DNA from: Malacoraja senta
Lineage: Eukaryota
NCBI GenBank assembly: GCA_038087875.1
Contig: CM075988.1
Coordinates: 21,206,001 to 21,270,000 of the forward strand
Length of the DNA: 64,000 bases
Reading direction: 5' to 3'
A program made the position numbers and the translations under genes. Positions 12,986 through 25,634 of this stretch are shown here, in pieces. Position 1 is the stretch's first letter, and each line of letters opens with the position of its first letter. Under the pieces are notes generated by a model, which was not told the origin of the DNA, did not search any database, and saw nothing but the letters and a program-made list of their open reading frames with translations.

Positions 12986-14784
12986 GGTCATTAGGTCATA
13001 AGGAATAGGAGTAGAATTAGGCCGTTCGGCCCATCAAGTCTGCTCTGCCATTCAATCATGGCTGATCTATCTCTCCCTCCCAACCCCATTCTCCTGCCTT
13101 CTCCCAGTAACCTCTGACACCTGTCTTTGGATGAACATTAGTCAATCCTCTACTTAAGATAGCAAGCTCAGAAAGTTCTGAGGTTTTTAAGTGTCCTTCA
13201 CATTGCTGGGCCGGAGTGATGTTTTCAAAAGAAGGTTCTATTTTAATTCATGAGTTGTCATCACTTAATTATGGAAAGATGTAATCAATTTCAAAGACAG
13301 TAAACTGGCAGATTCTTTATCTAAGAATGTTGTTTTTATTTGTTAATAGTAATTTAAAAAAATGTGGAAAATTGACGGGATCCCTAGTGAATTATAAGAT
13401 ACGACTTTAAGTTTACGTTACGGTTCTAACGCGACTAAATATTACTCCAGTTTTTATTTGTGTGCAGTGCAATACTAATGCCATTTTGCTTTTTATCGAA
13501 GAAAATGTCAATTTATTTATGTTTTATTTTAATGCAGCATTAATACCATTTTCTATTTCAACTAAGCAGAGTACCACTGACGACTTTTAATGCAACCAAA
13601 GTGGCCGGATGCAACATCACAACCTTTTTAAAAATCAGTGTGTCTTTTCCACATTAAAACTGCAACTATGCACTTTTCGCCGATGTTTTAGGGGTTAAAT
13701 CAGAGAAACAGCCCTGTAGGAATCAATCAACACCTGAAGTGAATCAATTTGTTTCCAAAAGTTTTTTCCACAAGCATTGAGCACTGAGAGATCCTGTTGG
13801 CATTTCAGAAATGGATTCTTTATTTTCTCATTAGATTCCTTCCAGCCATGTCTGCAGGTCTCAGCTAACCGTGGTCACGTGACTGTCATCTATTAGTACA
13901 TAGTTCGTCCGATACAGAACATCATTTGTAGCGTGCTAAATACTCCAGGATGCAGAGTAAAGAGAACTTCCCATTGCAGTGTTTATGTTTAAGTCACTTC
14001 CACATCATCCCGCATCCATTGCACAATTGCTAAATTGTCGCCCTGACATCACATGCATGGAGGAATAAGATTTGTACACGTTTCCACTCGTGGTTTTCCT
14101 GGACCAAGCGGGGAAATCACCAGTGGCGAAAAGTGTAAAATTCTAACATTGTTGTGAGTTTTTTTGGGGGGACGATTAAATTCACAACATGTGATGGAAA
14201 CCCGCCTGGAAAGTGTGTGTGAGAAAGTTTTGCTGCTCCCTGCCATTGTAACCCGGCAAGGTTTCCTCTGTACATGTTATTTGAGAAAACCGCAAGCAGG
14301 TTTCTTCCTCGGATAACATTTGTCAGTCTGTTCTGTTTTGGATCCCGTTTTTTTTGTTTTTTTTCCCCCGTTTCCCGGAAAGATTGTTCAAGCTTTGCCT
14401 GAGACTGCTTGCATTTCTGCAACAAAAACGCTTTGCGATTCTTCATTTATTTTTCTTTTCAAATTGTTTTATAACGACTAAACATTCTCGTTTACAATTA
14501 CAGCCAGAGGAAATATTGCTGATCTGTGTTGCGACCAGAGAGCTTGACCTTAAAAAAAAAAAATAACCCCAACGCCCCATTTGTATTTGACTGTTTTTTG
14601 GTTTGGCTTTTTTGGTTTATTCAGTTTGTGACTCTATTTCTGCCCATGTTTACATCAGTTTTAATTTTATATTTTCCATGTGCTCTCCTCCACTTTCCTT
14701 TCAACCAATCATGTACGTGCGTATCATGTGACTTTGTCATGTGGCTTGCATGGAACTGATGATGTCGTCCTCGCTGGTGAACAG

Positions 14785-14787
14785 AAG
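14785..14787 (+). CDS. NCAM1: Candidate NCAM1 3-nt AAG microexon between exons 12 and 13
   Basis: ggtgaacag|AAG|gtaaaa. Long upstream T/C-rich AG-free tract, TGC motifs and TGCATG (14747-14752) in a TE-free block. Position matches the known tetrapod NCAM1 AAG microexon. Confidence 0.7.
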
Positions 14788-16146
14788 GTAAAATCTTTGT
14801 TCTAAATTGAACACATTCAACAAGTTTCTCCAAAAGGTTCAATAGAGTTGAGCAATTATGGACATTTTAACAATTGCCTGGTTGAATACATTTCCGGTGT
14901 ATTGGCCAAAATGTCGCCGAGCACGTCTAATTTTTGAAAGATAAATGCCTTGGTGACAGCTAGAAGGGTGAAAGATAAAATGGTAATTGTTCAATTGATA
15001 CTGTCAACCACAACATTAACCATGCTTTTAACTGGGTAATAAATAGGCCATTAATCTATTTAGAGTGCCATTGAAGTGGTAGAGTTTAACCTCAACATGC
15101 AAGGGAGCTTTCTCCTCATTTACCCACGCTTTTGATCAAAAATGATGACTCCTGCACATGTCCTCCCTCTTTTGTGCCTCAGAAATTAAATTTAATTGCA
15201 CTTGGAAAGCAACTTTCGTCAATCTTCAGTTATATTATCACGAGCTTAGTTCAATCCAAGCTTTCAGATGTAGGCTTTTAATAATTACTTTTAATAATGT
15301 AGGCTTTTGATAAATTTATGTCCCCAGCTCTGCTTCCCAAAAGATGAACAGTGGAATAAAAGATAAAATTAGTAACGGAAACTTTATTTTTAATAGACAA
15401 TAGACAATAGGTGCAGGAGTAGGTCATTCGGCCCTTCGAGCCTATTGTGAATACTAAATTACAATTGCACTGATAATTTTAAATACTTTTTTAAAAAAAC
15501 AGCTTTTTGAACGGGTTATAATCCAGAGCAGGAACTATGGACGACATCTTAAAAAATGGGTTTGTTCCAAAAGTTACATTTTTTAATTTATTTGAAATAA
15601 AGCGGGATTTATTTTTCCCTAAGTTATTAAATCCCAGAGACATGCGGAAAGGAACAATTTGAATTGTGCTCTGGTGTTTTTCATGAACTTAGCCAGTGTG
15701 CCTGGAAGATCTATATAGATAATCTTAACGCTCCTAGTTGGACTTGGCAGATCTTGATCACAGCCCTCGTGCACGTCAGGGCAGGGTGAAAGCAAATCTG
15801 TGAGGCATCATCGCACAAACAACAGAAAAGAAACCCGACATTCTCACTTTCTTGAAGGAGTAACCGTTTGGAGGATTGCCGTTCACGAGAAACATATAAT
15901 GCTAAATAAAAAATAAATATTACACAGAAGCAGCAAACTGTTATGCAACCTCATTGAAGGTTTTGTAATGGTCTTCACATTTTAGCAGTGGCCGTTTCTT
16001 GTAATGATAATTTGCAACTCAACTTCCTTAAGGGGTGGGAACGTCCCAAGCTGAACTCATGGCATCAGGTCCAATGTAAATATGCTTTCCATTAATATTA
16101 AAATAATTCTCCAAAAATGTAACTTCTGATGAAGAAATTCTGTTAA

Positions 16147-16745
16147 GATATACATAGATACATAGAAAATAGGTGCAGGAGTAGGCCATTCGGCCCTTCG
16201 AGCCTGCACCGCCATTCAATATGATCATGGCTGATCATCCAACTCAGTATCCCGTACCTGCCTTCTCTCCATACCCCCTGATCCCCTTAGCCACAAGGGC
16301 CACATCTAACTCCCTCTTAAATATAGCCAATGAACTGGCCTCAACTACCCTCTGTGGCAGAGAGTTCCAGAGATTCACCACTCTCTGTGTGAAAACGTTT
16401 TTCCTCATCTCGGTCTTAAAGGATTTCCCCCTTATCCTTAAGCTGTGACCCCTTGTCCTGGACTTCCCCAACATCGGGAACAATCTTCCTGCATCTAGCC
16501 TGTCCAACCCCATAAGAATTTTGTACGTTTCTATAAGATCCCCTCTCAATCTCCTAAATTCTAGCGAGTATAAGCCAAGTCTATCCAGTCTTTCTTCATA
16601 TGAAAGTCCTGACATCCCAGGAATCAGTCTGGTGAACCTTCTCTGCACTCCCTCTATGGCTATAATGTCCTTCCTCAGATTTGGAGACCAAAACTGTACG
16701 CAATACTCCAGGTGTAGTCTCACCAAGACCCTGTACAACTGCATT
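16147..16745 (-). mobile_element. CR1/HER1 LINE 3' end, young subfamily
   Basis: ORF2 C-terminus LYRVLVRLHLEYCVQFWSP...RRLRGDLIETYKI, plus the 3' UTR and short tail repeats. Confidence 0.95.
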
Positions 16746-16853
16746 ATCTGTTCCAATTTTGAGCAAAAAGGCAATTGCTACCAATATATATATATATACA
16801 TTTTGTGTTATTATCTAATGTGCATTAATTTAAAGCAAATTTATATAATACGC

Positions 16854-17277
16854 AATTGACTTTGGTAAATAGATTATATATAAACATGTAGAAATGTGTT
16901 TAAAAGCAAAAGTAATCTGCAATAAATTTTATATAATTAATTTTATAATTAATTAACAGATTAATTTTATATGTGTGTGTGTGTCTATATATGTATTATA
17001 TAGATATACATATACATATATAATATATATGTAATTGACTTTGGTAAATAGATTTTATATGTAAACACATCAGTGTTTAAAAACAAAAGTAAAGGCTTTA
17101 AATATAATAAATTGTATTTTTATAATTAACTTTATAATTAACTAGATGACCCCTGGACCAGTTGGGTCCCCGTTAATAACAGATTAATTCTTATATATTT
17201 ATTTGTGTGTGTGTGCCTATGTATATAACTTATAGATATACATACACACATATGATACGTATAATAATATATGTATA
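16854..17277. repeat. AT-rich imperfect tandem duplication (~180-bp unit) with (TA)/(TG) microsatellites
   Basis: aattgactttggtaaatagatt starts at 16854 and 17033 with collinear downstream sequence. Confidence 0.85.
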
Positions 17278-17839
17278 ATGTTTTCAATAAAAAAATCTGC
17301 CTGCCTGCCTGTATCAGGCAACCATAGCATTTTAAGGTTAGGGATGTAATGCCCCCTATAAAATAGTATATTAAAAGTTAAATCTTCCAAGATGAAATGG
17401 GTTTAGTCAGGGTCATATTCTGTGACAGGGAGGAGAAAATCAATAAATGGATGGAGATGAATCTTCTGTCGTGCAGACTGCTTTGTGTTTGCACAAAGAT
17501 GGACATTTTAATCTTCTTGTCATTTCAAGCAAATTGTTGATCCAGTGTTACTTGTTTTTACACAAGGGCCGTGTGCTGGTGCTGAGTATACAGGTTTAAA
17601 ATATATGTGATCCCTTAATATTACTAACATCTGGCTTAAGCTGTACAAACACTTCGGAGAGCAAAGAGACCTTTTTTCCCTTTCCTCCGTAGTGCTTCCC
17701 TGCATTAAAAAAAAGAAAAGAATATTAAATTTGTCTTCGTAAATTCCCTGAGAGTCAGTCAGTCACTTTGTTGTGAATTTGCTGCGATTTGTTACCGAGT
17801 CCCCTGGTTTTGAAGAGGGAAGCACATGTTGGTGCAGAT

Positions 17840-18720
17840 TGCAGACTAACACCTGTACCTCACAGCATCACTGCATGTAGTCTTATCCCTCCTCTTGAAG
17901 CCTGTCGGGCGACATCTAGAGTTTACGAGGCTGAGACCTGAACCCCCACCCCCACCTCTGCATGCCTTTTGCGTAGTGGATGCAGACGACTTTTGCAGCG
18001 TGCATCAGCTGTGCGTTTGTTTATATTACTTTTGCATTGATTTGGTTGCCATCGAACAGACTCCTTTCAGCAAGCAAACAACCAACATTTTTTTTTTCAC
18101 ATAGGCATCGTCTCTGAAGTGTCCATTGCCATTTACACTCGATGCACTTGACCCAGGGTGGCGGGGGAAGGGTGTCTTAATATTTGGACGTTGCTTTGGG
18201 CCCAAATTCCTTGCAGCTCCCTCGATGAAATCGGCCAAGAGTCCGGGAAAAGATCCCCGTTGACAAATCCTACTGAACCAACATTCCTGCAGCTTTGGTC
18301 TAGCCAACCTCACACTCTGTTGTCGGAGAATTTGTCCGGTACCCTCAGCAGAATGCAAAAAAAAAAAAGATTATCGGCTAAGGGTTTCTGTGTCAAGTCA
18401 TTAATCGAGGTGAAAAAGCACCAAGTGTAAATGGGACCATTACATGCATGCTAACTGAATCTTTCTCTTCATCTAGAACCAGAAACTCATGTAGTTCCAT
18501 ATTCCTAGACAACATGACGTTCCACAAATTGCTGCATGACTAAGCATGATTTGTGCTGGTGTTTTCTTCTTCCTTAACCTATTTATTTTGCCCAGAAGAG
18601 GAGTAAAGCAACTGTTAGCGATTGAATTATGTAGAACTGTCACACCATCAGGAATCAGCCTTCACAAGGAGCAGCCATTTTGTTTTCTGTTTCTTCCTTT
18701 GGAACCTCACTAACCTGTTA
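17840..18720 (+). promoter_or_regulatory. Candidate intronic splicing-regulatory cluster (RBFOX and QKI motifs)
   Basis: TGCATG at 17872, 17959, 18445 and 18533; ACTAAC at 17845 and 18709; lies in a TE-free block upstream of exon 13. Confidence 0.5.
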
Positions 18721-19691
18721 AGTTACAGCAAAACACTTGATTTGGATAATGAAGCTACTCTCTTGATAAGTTAACCAAGATTCAAATTTATGTGTTTACA
18801 GAATGTTAGCATTTTAAGATCAAGATTAAGATTAAGATAAACATAATCAGCAGAGTGAATATGTGGTGGTGATTCTAATAGTGAAGATCAACAAAATTAT
18901 TAATGATCATTTGCTTTTAGTTAATGTCATTTCCACTTTATTATTCAAACCCACTTTGGTGTCACTCACAAACACAGTGCCTTATAAAATAAAAGGATCA
19001 TTATCATTATTTTCCCGACTCTGATCAAATATTGTAACATAAACATCCAGAGTATTTTGGGAGTGTTCTCTGTAGACAAGCAAGCAGTGATTGCAATCTG
19101 CAATGAGGCGTTTCATACGATAGCAAAATAATATTACCTGCTAGCCTCTTTTTATTTGGGGACAAAAACAAAAGTGTGACATGTTTAATGATCAGCAAAA
19201 ATCCCGTTGCAATTATGATCACATAATTTCTCGTCTTTGTAGAAAGCCCACGAACAGATGAGTGGATGAGAGAAGGCTCACATTAAGTCAGAATTTGCTC
19301 TGTTAATATATAACGGGCTATGAATTGCTTGACGTGCAGGAACACGAAGACTTGAATTTATCTTGACCTCTTCGGATATTTTTAGTTGCATTGGAACAAG
19401 AACAACATTGGCCGCATTCAGATCTGCCCCTCTCACACATAAATAAATAACTAGAATAACCCAGTCACTGCAATCTAGCTTTCTTATTACACCCTTGAAA
19501 TGCAGTTCTCTTCTCAGGAAGTTATTTGAATCCTTGTGAAAATTGTTTGAAGCTTTTTCTTTAAAGCAATAAAATAGTTGTCAGCCGACCGAAATCTCAT
19601 GCTGTCTTTTGAGCTGATGCAGTTTGATTATTAGATAAGGACATTTGGATTACCCGATAAGAAATGTGGTGTTACCAACATTGACTTGTAG

Positions 19692-19816
19692 GAGAACCAA
19701 GCCCACCTAAACTTGAAGAACATGTACTGGGAAACGGAAATATCTACAAAGTCAACTGGATCAGGCAGGACGATGGAGGTTCCCCCATTCGACATTACCT
19801 GATCAAATACAGAGCT
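19692..19816 (+). CDS. NCAM1: NCAM1 exon 13, N-terminal half of second fibronectin type III domain
   Basis: ttgtag|GA GAA CCA...AGA GCT|gtgagt, 125 nt, phase 1 to 0. Encodes EPSPPKLEEHVLGNGNIYKVNWIRQDDGGSPIRHYLIKYRA, matching NCAM1 EPSAPKLE..QDDGGSPIRHYL. Confidence 0.97.
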
Positions 19817-19904
19817 GTGAGTAAACCACGGTGCAGACCGAACCCTTTGATGTACGACGTTAATGTGATAAATATTGTGTGCTTGACTGTAGCAATTGTA
19901 ATGT

Positions 19905-20137
19905 GTAGGATGTGTAATACTGCAGATGCTAGTTTAAACCGAAGATAGACACAAAATGCTGGAGTCACTCAGCGGGACAGGCAGCATCTCTGGAGAGAAG
20001 GAACGGGTGACAGTTTCGGGTCGAGACCCTCGATCAGTCTGAAGAAGGGTCTCGACCTGAAACTTCACCCATTCCTTCCCTCTAGAGATGCTGCCTGTCC
20101 CGCTGAGTTACTCCAGCTTTTTGTGTCTATCTTCAGC
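19905..20137. repeat. Penelope pseudo-LTR inverted repeat (hairpin)
   Basis: Two inverted copies flanked by the 14-bp direct repeat agcaattgtaatgt (19891-19904 and 20138-20151). Lies about 90 bp downstream of exon 13. Confidence 0.85.
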
Positions 20138-20153
20138 AGCAATTGTAATGTCG

Positions 20154-21760
20154 CAGTGCCCTCCATAATGTTTGGGACAAAGACCCATCATTTATTTATT
20201 TGCCTCTATACTCCACAATTTGAGATTTGTAATAGAAAAAAATCACATGTGGTTAAAGTGCACTTTGCCAGATTTTAATAAGGGCCATTTTTATACATTT
20301 TGGTTTCGCCATGTGGAAATTACAGCAGTGTTTATACATAGTTCCCCCATTTCAGGGCACCATAATGTTTGGGACACAGCAATGTCATGTAAATGAAAGT
20401 AATCATGTTTAGTATTTTGTTGCATATCCTTAGCATGCAATGACTGCTTGAAGTCTGCGATTCATGGACATCACCAGTTGCTGGGTGTCTTCTCTGGTGA
20501 TGCTCTGCCAGGGCTGTATTGCAGCCATCTTTAGCTTATGCTTGTTTGGGGGGGCTAGTCCCTTCAGTTTTCTCTTCACTTGGCCACTCTAGAATTTACA
20601 ATTGTTTAGCTTTTAAAAACTCCTTTGTTGCTTTAGCAGTATGTTTGGGATCATTGTCTTGCTGTAGAATGAACCGCGTAAATGAGTTTTGAGGCATTTG
20701 TTTGAACTTGAGCAGATAGGATGTGTCTATACAATTCAGAATTCACTATGCTACTACCATCAGCAGTTGTATCATTTATGAAGACAAGTGAGCCAGTACC
20801 TTCAGCAATCATACATGCCCAGGCCATAACACCCCCACCACCGTGTTTCACAGATGAGGTGGTATGCTTTGGATCTTATGCAGTTCCTTCTCTCCTCCAT
20901 ACTTTGCTTTTGCCATCACTCTGATATAAGTTAATCTTCATCTCATCTGTCCACAAGACCTTTTTCCAGAACTGTGGTTGGTCTTTTTAGTATTTCTTGG
21001 CAAACTGTAACCCAGCCATCCTATTTTTGAGGCTAACCAGTGGTTTGCATCTTGCAGTGTAGCCTCTATTTTTCTGTTCATGAAGTCTTCTGCGGACAGT
21101 GGTCATTGACAAAACCATACCTGACTCCTGAAGGCTGTTTCTGATCTGTCGGACAGGTGTTTGGGGATTTTTCTTTATTATAGAGAGAATTCTTCTGTCA
21201 TCAGCCGTGGAGGTCTTCCTTGGCCTGCCAGTCCCTTTCCAATTAGTAAGCTCACCAGTGCTTTCTTTCTTCTTAATGATGTTCCAAACAGTTGATTTTG
21301 GTAAGCCTAAGGTTTGGCTGATGTCTCTAACAGTTTTATTCTTGTTTCTCAGTCTCATAAGGGCTTCTTTGACTTTCATTGGCACAACTTTGATCCTCGT
21401 ATTGATAAACAACAATAAAAGTTTCCAAAGGTGATGGAAAGACTGGAGGAAAGACTAGGTGCTGAGAGATCTCTTATACCTGCATTAAGGAGGCAATTAA
21501 ACACACCTGAGCAATTACAAACACCTGTGAAGCCATGTGTCCCAAACATTATGGTGCCCTGAAATGGGGGACTGTGTATAAACACTGCTGTCATTTCTAC
21601 ATGGTGAAACCAAAATGTATAAAAATGGCCTTGATTAAAATCTGACAATGTGCACTTTAACCACATGTGATTTTTTTTCTATTACAAATCTCAAATTGTG
21701 GAGTACAGAGGCAAATAAATAAATGATGGGTCTTTGTCCCAAACATTATGGAGGGCACTG
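20154..21760 (-). mobile_element. Tc1-like DNA transposon, near full length (1.6 kb), inactive
   Basis: CAGTGCCCTCC...GGAGGGCACTG|TA with IR/DR-type TIRs. Broken transposase ORFs 20987-21415 and 20651-20851 (KHGGGGVMAW, QQDNDPKHT). The SPDLNPIE motif is deleted near 20580. Confidence 0.96.
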
Positions 21761-21974
21761 TATGTACTGAAAATGTGAATATCCATGAACATATTTTTAT
21801 CAGTGTTTTGTTTGGGAGTAGTTTGGTTTTGTTGAGAGATATAGTGTGGAAACAGGCCCTTTGGCCTGTTGTTCAGCCTACTATCTCTGTCGGTCAATCA
21901 GTGTTTTTACCACTACCTCAGAACTATGATGATAGTGAAAAAAATATCCTGTTTATGGTTGAAGTTTTGTTTTG

Positions 21975-23450
21975 AGAGGGACAGCATGCAAACAGGTCCT
22001 TCAGCCCATCTTGCCCATGCTGACTATCATGACCTATCTACACTAAACCCACCTGCTTGCGTTTGGCCCATATCCCTCTAAACCTGTCCTATCCATGGAC
22101 TTGTCCAATTGTTGTGATAGTACCTGCCTCAACTATTTCCTCTGACAGCTCGTTCCATACACCCACTACCCTATATGTAAAAACATTACCCCTCAGGTTC
22201 CTATTAAATCTTTCCCCCCTGCACTTTAAACCTATATCCCCTGGTTCTCGATTCCCCTACTCTTGGTAAAAGACTATTTTTACTCTGGGTAATTTACCCA
22301 ATCTATTAGAGTCATAGAGACATACAGTGTGGAAACAGGCCCTTCGGCCCCACTTGCCCATGCAACATGTCCCAGCTACACTAGTCCCACCTGCCCGCGT
22401 TTGGCCCATATCCCTCTAAACCTGTCTTATCCATGTACCTGTCCAATTTTTTTCTTAAATGTTGCGATAGTCCCTGCCTCAACAACCTCCTCTGGCAGCT
22501 CCTTCAATACACCCACCATCCTTTGTGTGAAAAAAGTTACCCCTCAGATTCCTATTAAATCTTTTTCCCTTCACCTGGACCTATGTCCTCTGGTCCTCAG
22601 TTCCCCTACTCTGGGCAAGAGACTCTGTGCGTCTGTCTACCCAATCTATTCCTCTCATGATTATATACACCTCCATAAGATCACCCCTCGTCCTCCTGCC
22701 CTCCAAGAAATAGAATCCCAGCCTACTCAACCTCTACCTATAGCTCAGACGCCAGAATCTAGCAACATCCTTGTAAATCTCCTCTGTACCCTTTCCAGCT
22801 TGAGAACATCTTTCCTATAACATGGTGCCCAGAACTGAATATAATACTCTAAATGCGGCCTCACCAACGTCTTATAAAGCTGCAACATTACCTCCCAACT
22901 TCTATACTCAATACTCTGACCAATGAAGGCCAATGTGCCAAAAGCCTTTTTGACCCTATCTACCTGTGACACAATTTTCAAGGAACTATGTCCTTCATCC
23001 CTCTACTCAACAACACTCCACAGAGCCCTACCATTCACTATGTAGGTTCTGCCTTTGTTAGACTTCCAAAATGCAACACCTCACATTTCTGTGTATTAAA
23101 TTCCATCGACCATTCCTCAGTCCACCCGCCCAAATGATCAAGATCCTGTCGCAATTGTTGACAGCCATCTTCACTATCTACAGTACCACCCACTTTTGTG
23201 TCACCTGCAAACTTACTAATCATACCATGTACGTTCTCGTCGCAATCATTGATATAGATGATGAATAGCAAGGAGCCCAGCACCGAACCCTGAGGCACAC
23301 CACTAGTCATAGCATCCAGTCCAAAATAACAACCTTCCATCATTACCCTCTGCTTCCTTCCATGAAGCCAATTTTCTATCCATTCAGCTATCTCTCCTTG
23401 GAACCCGTGCGATCTAACCTTCCAGTTCAGCCTACCATGCGGAACCTTGT
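21975..23450 (-). mobile_element. CR1 LINE fragments including a degenerate RT domain
   Basis: KVPHGRL...SGVPQGSVLG..LFIIYIND...SKFAGDTK; LYKTLVRPHLEY. Confidence 0.93.
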
Positions 23451-24507
23451 TAGAAGTGCATGTTTCCAAGCTGCATCTCTAAAGTCTAATTGAAGTTTTA
23501 AATATTTGTTAAAAATCATATTTGTGTTTCAAAGTTGGAACATGGGGTTTCGGAGCTCAGCGTGAGAAGAATAACCTTGCAGTGAATGTGGAAGGGTAGC
23601 TATCAATGCTTAATGCAATGGGGGACATTGGATTGGGTCTGTTCATAAGATCATAAGGAATAGGAGTAGAATTAGGCCATTCGGCCCGTCAAGTCTACTC
23701 CGCCATTCAATCACGGCTGATCTAACTCTCCCTCCTAACCCCATTCTCCTGCCTTCTCCCCATCACGGCTGACACCTGTACTAATCAAAAATCTATCTAT
23801 CTCTGCCTTAAAAATATCCATTGACTTGGCCTCCACAGCCTTCCGTGGCAAATAATTCTACAGATTCATCACCCTCTGACTAAATACATTTCTCCTCATC
23901 TCCTTCCTAAAAGAACATCCTTTAATTCTAAAAGTACTGCAATTGCAGCTTAGAATGATGAATGAGAGTCACCTCACCAACAGGCTGGGACATCTGGGTT
24001 ATAATCAGTTTACTGCCTCCACGCAATATATCGGTGATCAATTTTAAACAAAGCGCAAATTTCATTAGCAAAGAATTAAGGCAAATAAGTACTGATGAGT
24101 TCTACATATGAACTGTACTATAGACCCCTCACTGCCTATGTTGCATGTACGTCCATTTTAAAAGATCATCGTTCTGTTTCTACTGAAAATGCACTCATTA
24201 TTTTTTTTCAATAACATGCTCATGTTTCTGTACTGGGCCATTAATGCACAATTTTCCACTCACCCATAAATTAATCGATATTGTAAGTGAGAATTTTGAA
24301 AATCCATGTACCTCATGGGTTCCTTAAACCAATATTTTAATTTGCATTCATCATCAAAGTCAAATCATTGCGTTCCTGTATCATGACTCGGTCATATTGA
24401 CCCCTTAATGCTGATAGCTCATGAAATCATGAGGGGAATAGATATGGTGAACGCACAGAGCTTTTCCCAAGGAAGGGAATCAGGAACTAGAGAGCATAGG
24501 TTTAAGG

Positions 24508-25634
24508 GAAGGTAGTGCATCCGCGGATAACAAGGGAAATCAGGGATAGTATCAAAGCAAAAGATGATGCGTACAAATTAGCCAGAAAAAGCAGCACACC
24601 AGAGGACTGAGAGAAATTCAGAGACAAGCAGAGGAGGACAAAGGGCTTAATTAGGAAAGGGAAAATATGAAAGAAAACTGGCAGGGAACATAAAAACTGA
24701 CTGCAAAAGTTTTTATAGATATGTGAAGAGAAAGAGATTAGTTAAAACAAATGTAGGTCCCTTGCAGTCAGAAACAGGTGAATTGATCATGGGGAACAAG
24801 GATATGGCGGACCAATTGAATAACTACTTTGGTTCTGTCTTCACTAAGGAAGACATAAATAATCTGCCGGAAATAGCAGGGGACCGCGGGTCAAAGGAGA
24901 TGGAGGAACTGAGTGAAATCCAGGTTAGTCGGGAAGTGGTGTTGGGTAAATTGAATGGATTAAAGGCCGATAAATCACCAGGGCCAGATAGGCTGCATCC
25001 CAGAGTACTTAAGGAAGTAGCTCCAGAAATAGTGATAATTTTTCAAAACTCTTTAGATTCTGGAGTAGTTCCTGAGGATTGGAGGGTAGCAAACGTAACC
25101 CCACTTTTTAAGAAGGGAGGGAGAGAGAGGGAGGGAGTGCAGAGAAGGTTCACCAGACTGATTCCTGGGATGTCAGGACTTTCATATGAAGAAAGACTGG
25201 ATAGACTTGGCTTATACTCGCTAGAATTTAGGAGATTGAGAGGGGATCTTATAGAAACGTACAAAATTCTTATGGGGTTGGACAGGCTAGATGCAGGAAG
25301 ATTGTTCCTGATGTTGGGGAAGTCCAGGACAAGGGGTCACAGCTTAAGGATGAGGGGGAAATCCTTTAAGACCGAGATGAGGAAAAACTTTTTCACACAG
25401 AGTGGTGAATCTCTGGAACTCTCTGCCACAGAGGGTAGTTGAGGCCAGTTCATTGGCTATATTTAAGAGCAAGTTAGATGTGGCCCTTGTGGCTAAAGGG
25501 ATCAGGGGGTATGGAGAGAAGGCAGGTACGGGATACTGAGTTGGATGATCAGCCATGATCATATCGAATGGCGGTGCAGGCTCGAAGGGCCGAATGGCCT
25601 ACTCCTGCACCTATTTTCTATGTTTCTATGTATC
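24508..25634 (+). mobile_element. CR1/HER1 LINE with the RT domain deleted, nested in an older CR1 (24420-25790)
   Basis: KSPGPD..HPRVLKE..PEDWRVANVTPLFKKG is joined directly to EGVQRRFTRLIPG. taagg is duplicated at the junctions. Confidence 0.93.

Noticed and set aside
12521..13008. GC-rich ORFs of 129-157 aa (similar ones at 51895, 55216 and 57270)
   Set aside because: They lie in GC-rich TE interiors where stop codons are rare; no recognisable domains.
17866..18104. Proline-containing ORF (PEPPPPPL) after an ACTAAC-linked acceptor as an MSD1-like exon
   Set aside because: No good in-frame donor and no real similarity to MSD1a/b/c.
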